64,000 bases of DNA from the IMG/VR virus record IMGVR_UViG_2974542590_000001, positions 27,054 through 91,053 of that record; one strand, 5' to 3'. Source of the stretch: a virus (taxonomy: Duplodnaviria > Heunggongvirae > Uroviricota > Caudoviricetes > Herelleviridae). A program made the translations under genes and the position numbers. Shown in pieces: positions 56,979 to 64,000 of the stretch (positions are counted from its first letter, which is position 1; every line of letters begins with the position of its first letter). The notes beneath the pieces were generated by a model. The model saw only the letters and a program-made list of their open reading frames with translations, ran no database searches and had not been told where the DNA came from.

Positions 56979-57602
56979 TTACCCTCCTAAATTCTTCAAT
57001 TTCCACTTCATTAACCTGTCAATGTTAGCTAACATTGTTTTACTCATATCGTCCGAGTTCACTTTACTACGATTGATTATCCAACTGTTAGCCGGAGAAT
57101 TGGCATTTACTGTACGGAATGTAACATATGTATTCCGTGTACCTTCTCCCCACTCTCTTGGTATAATTGTAACATTTTTGGACTTAGGGCTATAGTTGAT
57201 ACTTTGTACAGCGGGACTTTGTTTTCTTCTATCATAAAGATAGTCCATCTTAACTGTTACAGGACGACCATTTGTAGGAAAAGACCTTAAATCGTCATAC
57301 AATCTTCTAGACATCTTTCTTGTCTTAATTTGAATAGGAATATATAAGTACCATTCACCTTTTTTATTGTATTTCTTCTTACTAGAACGAGCGAAGAACG
57401 GTTTTAAATCAATTACACCACTCTTAGCCATTCTTGATTCTGTTACCTGTAAGTAATTAGGCATTCTTTGGACATCAGCACCTGCACGTAATGCTTGGTC
57501 TTGTGCATCAGATAGAATCTCGTCTACCATTGCTCGTGTCAGATTACCTAACATTTCTTTCGGACTGGTGAACAGTGCAGGTCGTTGTCCCTTCTTAGCC
57601 AT
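56979..57602 (-). CDS. Basic neck-region protein
   Basis: 207-aa Lys/Arg-rich ORF. Confidence 0.65.
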   Translation of the reverse strand: MAKKGQRPALFTSPKEMLGNLTRAMVDEILSDAQDQALRAGADVQRMPNYLQVTESRMAKSGVIDLKPFFARSSKKKYNKKGEWYLYIPIQIKTRKMSRRLYDDLRSFPTNGRPVTVKMDYLYDRRKQSPAVQSINYSPKSKNVTIIPREWGEGTRNTYVTFRTVNANSPANSWIINRSKVNSDDMSKTMLANIDRLMKWKLKNLGG

Positions 57603-58467
57603 TTAGTTTACCTCCAAAGAATCCTCCCGCACTTGAACCTGTACGTTTAGGGTCTACCATCTTAGATTCTGTTACTTCTTTTTCCTTCTCTAGTGCCTCT
57701 AGACGAGACTTCGTGTCTACTTCTAATACAAAAGGTTCACTATCAACAAAGATGTCCTCACGCTTCAATAGGAGCTTTCTAGGAAGGTTCTCAAACAGTG
57801 GTTCTTTTACGCCAAATTTCGTGTACTGGTAACGACTTTCTTTGAGTAAATCAATAACCAGATAACGTAATGTTACTGCCATGTTGATAGAGATGTTCGT
57901 GTTTAGCAAATGTTGTTTAGGGTAAAAAGTATTCGTGCTATAGTCCATCGTAAAGTCTTTACCCTCCACAAGGACTTGCCCTTTGTCACCATACACATCC
58001 TCTAGCCGTTTAACATCATAACTTAAAAACATACCTGTCTCTAATCTACGACTATTTACATTAAAAATGAAACTTTGGTATATTTCCACATCTGGGACAG
58101 TAACTCTGTCTCGGAAAGTAATTTTAGAGTCAATTGGAGTTGTACCAATAGCTGTACCAGAATCGAACAACCCCAAATCTTGGTTTGATACACCTTTTTC
58201 TTGACTTTGGATAATCATTATATCCTTAACAGCAGGTTGATAGGCAATACCTCTTCCCCTACAAATAGGGCAATTAGAGTCAGGAGCAAGAGTCATCGGA
58301 TTTCGGCATGTACAAAGCCAAGCTCGTTCCCACAGAATGTTTATACCACGGTTCATTACAAAGGTATCCATACCTTTTGTTTCAAACTCTAGTCTACTTA
58401 CATTCATATATTGCTTAGGGTTACCTGTAGAACCTGAACTGCTGAAACGTGTTGGTTCATTAGCCAT
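57595..58467 (-). CDS. Head closure / neck protein
   Basis: LCTC...CPICRGRG zinc site; neck cluster. Confidence 0.7.
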   Translation of the reverse strand: MANEPTRFSSSGSTGNPKQYMNVSRLEFETKGMDTFVMNRGINILWERAWLCTCRNPMTLAPDSNCPICRGRGIAYQPAVKDIMIIQSQEKGVSNQDLGLFDSGTAIGTTPIDSKITFRDRVTVPDVEIYQSFIFNVNSRRLETGMFLSYDVKRLEDVYGDKGQVLVEGKDFTMDYSTNTFYPKQHLLNTNISINMAVTLRYLVIDLLKESRYQYTKFGVKEPLFENLPRKLLLKREDIFVDSEPFVLEVDTKSRLEALEKEKEVTESKMVDPKRTGSSAGGFFGGKLNG

Positions 58468-58480
58468 GAGTCATCCCTCC

Positions 58481-59377
58481 TTAAATAATTCCTAGGTTCA
58501 TTCCGAAGTAGGAAGCTAGGTCACGTTCTAGTCTATCAATATCTTCGTCAATCTGTTTAATGTCGGCAGATGCACCACCATACATAGCAGACTGTGTTGT
58601 TTGTATACTTTCAGTTACACCATCAATTGACAAGGATTTTCCTGCAATACCGGCACCAATAATCAAACGTCCCCATTGTTGGAAGATTTCCTTAATAGCA
58701 TATTTGATTACTAATTGCTCTAAATCAGCAGGACACTCCCACTCAGCGTTGTATCCACGATTCTTACGAGGTAACATACCTGCTACGTAGTCAATATGAA
58801 TCATTTGTGGAGCATCTACTTGACCAGATGAAGGTGGCATACCTGCTAATTGTGGGTAGCCAGAGAATGCAAAATCATAGGCAAATTGTGTACCTGTTTG
58901 CATCATTGCTGTTGGGTACATTTGGATATGCCCCGCTAGGGTATATACTTTCCACCAGTTTGCAGGGTAACGGTAAATTCCTCGTCCGTTAATTTCTAAT
59001 TGTAGTTTTTCAGCTTGAATTAATGGTCGTTTAAATACATGCGTGTATAAGTAAGAGTTAAAATCCGATTGGTGGAAATCGTGATGTTCTCCTTGAATTA
59101 AACGAGGTAAAATCGCAATATCCAGTTTCTTTTCAGCTTTAGCAATTGCTGTATCAATTACATGCTCATAGAATGTATCTCCTAATGGTTCACCTGTTTC
59201 AGGGTTAACTACAGATACCCCAAACATATAAGCCTTTAACGTGTCAGGAGTCCAACCGTAATCAGCAGGAGTAATCTTATCTAGGTCTGCAATGTCAATA
59301 TGTTTTGGGTTACCATGTGCATATGGTTGGTATACATCTTGGTTTCCACCATCATCATAACCGTAATCTGGGTACAT
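58481..59377 (-). CDS. Head-tail adaptor protein
   Basis: WGRLIIGAGIAGKSLSIDGVTESIQTTQSAMYGG; follows capsid. Confidence 0.75.
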   Translation of the reverse strand: MYPDYGYDDGGNQDVYQPYAHGNPKHIDIADLDKITPADYGWTPDTLKAYMFGVSVVNPETGEPLGDTFYEHVIDTAIAKAEKKLDIAILPRLIQGEHHDFHQSDFNSYLYTHVFKRPLIQAEKLQLEINGRGIYRYPANWWKVYTLAGHIQMYPTAMMQTGTQFAYDFAFSGYPQLAGMPPSSGQVDAPQMIHIDYVAGMLPRKNRGYNAEWECPADLEQLVIKYAIKEIFQQWGRLIIGAGIAGKSLSIDGVTESIQTTQSAMYGGASADIKQIDEDIDRLERDLASYFGMNLGII

Positions 59378-59388
59378 ATGATTACCTC

Positions 59389-59640
59389 CTACTCTTTATC
59401 TTTTTTGGCTGTTTTAGCTTTAGCAGGTGCTTTTTTAGCTTTTGGTTTTTCTTCTTTTACTTCTTTTTCCTCTTTAGGCTTTTCTTTCTTATCAGGAATG
59501 TGTGTCAAATAAGGTACCTTTTCAGCTAAAACTTTTTGATGTTCCTCTGGCAAGTTATGACTTTCTCCTAAATGGTTAAATTCAGCTTCTCCAAAAGATG
59601 TTGCCACTTTTTTATTTTGTAATACTGTAGATTTTAACAT
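59389..59640 (-). CDS. Small Lys-rich virion protein
   Basis: GGAGG RBS; KEEKPKAKKAPAKAK tail. Confidence 0.7.
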   Translation of the reverse strand: MLKSTVLQNKKVATSFGEAEFNHLGESHNLPEEHQKVLAEKVPYLTHIPDKKEKPKEEKEVKEEKPKAKKAPAKAKTAKKDKE

Positions 59641-59669
59641 TTGTATTCCTCCATTTAACTCGTTATAAT

Positions 59670-59701
59670 AAAAATAGGGAACAGTTAGACCGTTCCCTAT
59701 T
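59670..59701 (-). terminator. Intrinsic terminator after major capsid gene
   Basis: AATAGGGAAC/GTTCCCTATT stem then T run. Confidence 0.85.
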
Positions 59702-59737
59702 CCGTTTTCTATTCAATTTTTCTTAGTTGAACTAAGA

Positions 59738-61138
59738 TTAGCGTTCGTTAATTACGTTTCCAGATGGAATGTATTTAACGTTCTTGATTCGTGCCCATTT
59801 CTTAGGTGCACGAAGAGCTAAAGCACCATACCATAGAACTGCGAATGTTACAGAAGCGTTCATTTGAGCTAATGGTAAACGCATCATTGGTAGTAATTCG
59901 AACAAGTGAACTACAGATGGAGTCAATTCACCTACGAATACGTCAGCAGTTTCAGGGATTTGTTGGTTCAAATCGTAGAAAGTGATTACGTTGTTTTCTG
60001 CTTTACTTGCAGGTACACGTGCGATTTGGTAGAACAATCCTGTTTGATGTCCTTTACGGTAGATAGCTACGTATTGAGGACGAGCTTGGTACATGCTGTT
60101 GATAGTGATTTCTAATTTAACACCGTCAGTAGCATTAGCAATTGTAGCAGTAGCTACGTCAGATGGAGCAGATTCTGCATCGTCAGATACTACAACTACT
60201 TTATACTCAGCAGGAGTAGCAATGTCTTCTGGACGGAATGTACCTTTCTTAGCAGTTTCTACAGTTGCTTTAACAGTAGCTTTTTGTGGAGCATTAGGAC
60301 TAACCATTTGGTATTCATCCAAGATTTGTTCTAATTCCATTACTGTTGAACCATGTAATTTAATGAATCCACGTGCAGAGTTGAACCCTTGAACGTTGAA
60401 TCCCATTGTTACATTTTGACCGTTGTCACGGATAACTTGAACTTGTTTGTCAAGTTGTTGGTTCACGAAGTCAGCTTGTACACCGATTGGCATGTAAGCA
60501 TCAGTTGGAGTACCATAACCTTTACCGATTAATACGGAAGCTTGGTTAAGTAATGCTTCTGTTAAGCTTTCACCTTTAGCATCAATAACGTTATGTTTGT
60601 CAATTAATTTAACTAAACCGTCAAATTCTAGACCGGAGTCACGTTCTGGGTTTTCAGATAAGTCAGCATCTCCATAGAAAGAAGCCCATTCAATTGTTTT
60701 AGCAACAACAGAGATAGCATCGTCTGTTAAGATTTGCATTGGGTCTTCGATGTTGTTAACTAAACCAGATGCGATACTCATGTTCTTAGTATCAGAAACG
60801 TATTTCATGTTAACAGTTTTTTGACGTAAGCTTGGGTCAGAAATTGGAGCTACACCGATTTCACGAACGAAACGTGTATGTCCTACTTTACCGTGTGCTA
60901 AGTATACGTCATATTTAGCTACTGTAGATGTAGCAGGGCGTTTTGTGATGTCACGATAGAATGACAAGTCTCCTTCTGCCCATGTAAGCATAGTAATTTG
61001 GTCATCTAGAAATTCTCGTCTTAAAGCCGCTGCATCAGTTTGCGTGTCAGGAGTAATACCATAACCAGTTGTAAATCCTTTGATTACTTGTTCCTGAACG
61101 GGATTTAATTTAGCTTCTTGTTTTTTGTCTTCTGGCAT
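59738..61138 (-). CDS. Major capsid protein
   Basis: FTTGYGITPDTQTDAAALRREFLDDQI; ELLPMMRLPLA; start MPEDKK after AAAGGTG. Confidence 0.96.
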   Translation of the reverse strand: MPEDKKQEAKLNPVQEQVIKGFTTGYGITPDTQTDAAALRREFLDDQITMLTWAEGDLSFYRDITKRPATSTVAKYDVYLAHGKVGHTRFVREIGVAPISDPSLRQKTVNMKYVSDTKNMSIASGLVNNIEDPMQILTDDAISVVAKTIEWASFYGDADLSENPERDSGLEFDGLVKLIDKHNVIDAKGESLTEALLNQASVLIGKGYGTPTDAYMPIGVQADFVNQQLDKQVQVIRDNGQNVTMGFNVQGFNSARGFIKLHGSTVMELEQILDEYQMVSPNAPQKATVKATVETAKKGTFRPEDIATPAEYKVVVVSDDAESAPSDVATATIANATDGVKLEITINSMYQARPQYVAIYRKGHQTGLFYQIARVPASKAENNVITFYDLNQQIPETADVFVGELTPSVVHLFELLPMMRLPLAQMNASVTFAVLWYGALALRAPKKWARIKNVKYIPSGNVINER

Positions 61139-61237
61139 TATATATAAATCACCTTTCATTTTTATTCCTCTCAAAGATGAGACCTGACCCTGTGGAGGTT
61201 CAGGGGGGAAATGTCAGGTCTCTCATTGGTTCTGACT

Positions 61238-61248
61238 ATAATATAGCA
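61238..61248 (-). promoter_or_regulatory. Putative late promoter (TGCTATATTA)
   Basis: Same motif recurs before other structural genes. Confidence 0.6.
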
Positions 61249-61281
61249 GTACACCTTAAAAAAATTTACCTTTTAGTAAAT

Positions 61282-62289
61282 TTATTTGTATTTATCAATG
61301 AATGCTTGTGCACGAGCTAGTTCGTCTTGGGATTTAATACGTCCCCATAATTGACGAATTTCCTCTAACTCACCACGAGGAGCTTGTCCGCTACTTGCAA
61401 CACGAGTATACGTGCTCATTAAGTCGTCACGGATTCCACGAACACTGTCAAACAGTTGTTCTTCATCAGATTTAGCCGGAGCTTCTTCTTGTTCGGCACC
61501 CTCTACTACTACTTCAACAACGTCTTCTTGTTCAGAAGTTACATCTGCTTCCACATCTACAGATTTAGAAACAAATCCTACTGCTTTACCTTCTACAGTT
61601 ACTTCACTAGTTTTATCTAAAAGAATAGATTTATTAACTTCCTCAGGTTCAATATAAATTGCTTCTCTAGCTTCACGTAAGCTTACGATTTCAGATTTTA
61701 ATTCTGCAATAGTATCTGTTAAAGATTTTTGGACATCAACAAGACCTGCCATGTTTTTGAATACTGCTTCAAATCCACCAAGAATATCTTGGGAGGAAAT
61801 AGCAGATTTTTCAACTTTTTCTACGTCTTCGGACTCATCAGATTTTTTAACATCTTCTTTGTCTTCATCTTTTTCATCTTTATCTTCTTTGTCAGCTTTT
61901 TTATCTTTCTTATCCTTTTTATCCTCTTTGTCGTCCTCATCATCAGAAGATTTTTTTTCCTCATCTTCTTTATCGGATTCTTTATCAGATTTTTCTACTT
62001 TTTCCACTTCTGGTTCAGTAGCTTCTTCTGCGACTTCGGATTCTGTTTCTGGTTTTTCATCTGATTCAGTAGGTTCGGATTCTGGTTCAACATCCTCTTT
62101 AACTTCCTCAGCTTCAACAGGCTGTTCTTCCGGCTTGGCATTTTCTACACCTTCTTCAACAGCTTCTGGTGTTTCAATTTGTTCTTCCTGTACAGGCTCT
62201 ACATTTTCATCTTCAATAGATTTAGATACTTCCTGTACATTCACTTTTGAATCGAAATCTTCGATAATGTCATTAATTGTTTTAGACAC
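61282..62289 (-). CDS. Putative scaffold protein (highly acidic)
   Basis: Glu/Asp/Lys-rich, between protease and capsid. Confidence 0.75.
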   Translation of the reverse strand: MSKTINDIIEDFDSKVNVQEVSKSIEDENVEPVQEEQIETPEAVEEGVENAKPEEQPVEAEEVKEDVEPESEPTESDEKPETESEVAEEATEPEVEKVEKSDKESDKEDEEKKSSDDEDDKEDKKDKKDKKADKEDKDEKDEDKEDVKKSDESEDVEKVEKSAISSQDILGGFEAVFKNMAGLVDVQKSLTDTIAELKSEIVSLREAREAIYIEPEEVNKSILLDKTSEVTVEGKAVGFVSKSVDVEADVTSEQEDVVEVVVEGAEQEEAPAKSDEEQLFDSVRGIRDDLMSTYTRVASSGQAPRGELEEIRQLWGRIKSQDELARAQAFIDKYK

Positions 62290-63077
62290 TATTTTAGCTC
62301 CTTTCTACTTTCAATGAAGTTGTTAGCTTCCTGTAAGGAAACCCCTCTAGTTAATTGTAACATAAATGCACTTAACTCTGGTTCAGAGGTTTCTTGGTCG
62401 AAACTCTTAGCAACTTCACGTAATATAAACTCTTTATCTTCAGGTTTTTTACCATACAACTTAGCTACTGTCTTCACTGCATACGTTAGATTTGTGATGT
62501 CTTCTTTAAACATCTCTCTACGTAATGCTCCTGCATCTGTCTGTGTCTCAGGAGTAATTCCATACCCTGTTGTCCAAGACTTAACAAGTGTTTCCCACGT
62601 AGCTTGTGGGTTAGCAGGATGTGTAGTTAATGCTACGTTTCTGATAGCCACACCCTCAATAATACGGTTGTCTCTTGCATTTCGACTTGTAACTGCCCCT
62701 TCAATTGAGAAACCTAACTGACGTGAGATTCCTGATTTTTGAATGGTATTAGCTAACTGCCACATTGATTGAGCATACTTGCTTTCTTTCATAAGTTTAG
62801 CTTCCACGAACAACCCTTTATTAAGGTCTACATAACAGTTGTCAGTTGGTACACCAATAATGTATTCTGCATCTTGTTTATGTTCGTAGTTTACCCATCC
62901 TTTAGTAACAAAGTAAGAAATGTCAATTCCCTGTGGTAAAATAATGTCTCCTTGCAAGTCAAGGTCAGGCGTTGTAGCGTAACCCTGTACGTACCATTCA
63001 CCATCGTTTGCCTGTTCAGATTTCTCTACAGAACCTGCTACGTCAATGGGAACGAAAATATTATACTTTTCTTGCAT
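62289..63077 (-). CDS. Prohead protease
   Basis: GYATTPDLDLQGD, NYEH, GFSIEG, VALTTHPANP. Confidence 0.92.
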   Translation of the reverse strand: MQEKYNIFVPIDVAGSVEKSEQANDGEWYVQGYATTPDLDLQGDIILPQGIDISYFVTKGWVNYEHKQDAEYIIGVPTDNCYVDLNKGLFVEAKLMKESKYAQSMWQLANTIQKSGISRQLGFSIEGAVTSRNARDNRIIEGVAIRNVALTTHPANPQATWETLVKSWTTGYGITPETQTDAGALRREMFKEDITNLTYAVKTVAKLYGKKPEDKEFILREVAKSFDQETSEPELSAFMLQLTRGVSLQEANNFIESRKELK

Positions 63078-63176
63078 TCTTGTTCATTCACCACCTAAAC
63101 TTACATCTGTTTTTAATATAGCAGAACTACCACTAAACAGTTGGACAATTGTAAATAGAGGGTGTTACCCCTCTAT

Positions 63177-64000
63177 TTATTTTTGCCAGTCGTTAGGTTT
63201 GTCACCTTTCATACCTTGTTTAGCAGAATTGGTGTTAGTTATGCCCTTACCTTTAATTTGTCCATCTTTACCAACAGATGACTCTCCTTTGCCATTTACG
63301 CTAGCTGAGGTGCCATCTAAGCCCTGTTGTTTGTCTTGGAAGCTAATTCCATTAGAATCATCTGCTTCGCCACCAGAAAGCTCTAAGAGCCTGTTAAGCT
63401 TATCCTGTTGTTTTTGATAGTTAAATTGTTCTTGTTGCATTAACTGACCGATAGATTGAATTAGAACACCGTCTAAGATTACGTCTCCACCTTTAATTGG
63501 CTCCAACCCTTTTTCAGCACGTGCTTCGTTAACTGTTTTAAATACTTTAACTTCTGCTTCAAGAATCTTAATCTTGTCTAATTGAGCACTTAAGTCTCCG
63601 CCCCTAAATTGGAATTGATACTTGTCTCCAAACTCAGCAATAATAAAAGTATTTACAGTATCTTCAATAAAGCGTAATAATGGTTGTAACCCTTTATTTT
63701 GGGAAGCTTGCATTTTCTCTTTTGAGTTACCCTCGTTTAAAGAACCACCTTTAGAACCAGTTGCTCCTCCATTATTCGGGAAGTTAATTTCAGCAGGGTC
63801 AATCCCATACAACGCAGAAATTACATTGATTAAATAGTTCAACCATTTTTCAAATTGCATATCATTAGCAGATGGTGTCATGTTAACGAACTTAACGTCT
63901 TCTGCGGATACTACTGGGATTTGCCATGAACCATTAATACCTGATAAGGAACTTCTCCATTCTCTACGGAAAATGTCTAGTGCTTGCTGACTTTGTTGTT
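63177..64000 (-). CDS. Portal protein (3' part; start outside window)
   Basis: Frame open to window end (REWRSSLSGINGSWQIPVV); DMQFEKWLNYLIN...YGIDPAEIN; TVNEAR. Confidence 0.93.
   Translation of the reverse strand, partial: QQSQQALDIFRREWRSSLSGINGSWQIPVVSAEDVKFVNMTPSANDMQFEKWLNYLINVISALYGIDPAEINFPNNGGATGSKGGSLNEGNSKEKMQASQNKGLQPLLRFIEDTVNTFIIAEFGDKYQFQFRGGDLSAQLDKIKILEAEVKVFKTVNEARAEKGLEPIKGGDVILDGVLIQSIGQLMQQEQFNYQKQQDKLNRLLELSGGEADDSNGISFQDKQQGLDGTSASVNGKGESSVGKDGQIKGKGITNTNSAKQGMKGDKPNDWQK

Noticed and set aside
61139..61174. Longer capsid N-terminus (MRGIKMKGDLYI) from the ORF track
   Set aside because: AAAGGTG sits correctly for MPEDKK at 61138; the extension lies in the leader
61412..62721. 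Plus-strand ORFs, including the 188-aa Ser-rich one
   Set aside because: Antisense shadows of the Glu/Asp/Lys-rich scaffold and protease genes; no recognisable product
1..64000. tRNA, rRNA, integrase, anti-CRISPR or defence genes
   Set aside because: None recognisable by eye; the small hypothetical ORFs at 4131-8091 cannot be assigned without searches

Overview
64 kb segment of a large lytic myovirus genome, every real gene on the minus strand. Gene order and products match Herelleviridae (SPO1/K/A511-like); a Brockvirinae-type Enterococcus phage is my inference from protein resemblance, not from a search. Right to left: portal (partial), prohead protease, scaffold, major capsid, neck, sheath, tube, tail chaperones, tape measure, baseplate and adsorption proteins, a putative AT-rich origin, then the replication module (two helicases, Rep-like HTH protein, SbcD/SbcC, primase, dUTPase, resolvase, HU-like protein, DNA polymerase, partial). 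Selfish elements: one group I intron in the polymerase carrying two HNH ORFs in different loops, two P-loop inteins (one Ala-initiated, class 3-like), and three free-standing endonuclease genes, two of them (plus the first intron ORF) with an RBS-proximal hairpin containing a promoter motif. Candidate novelties: a +1 frameshift at UCC_UUU_CGA joining the tail chaperone ORFs, a -1 frameshift cassette that would add a transmembrane tail to an XkdX-like microprotein, an ORF-free promoter-to-terminator sRNA, and a frameshifted resolvase. All structures were read by eye; nothing was computed or searched.
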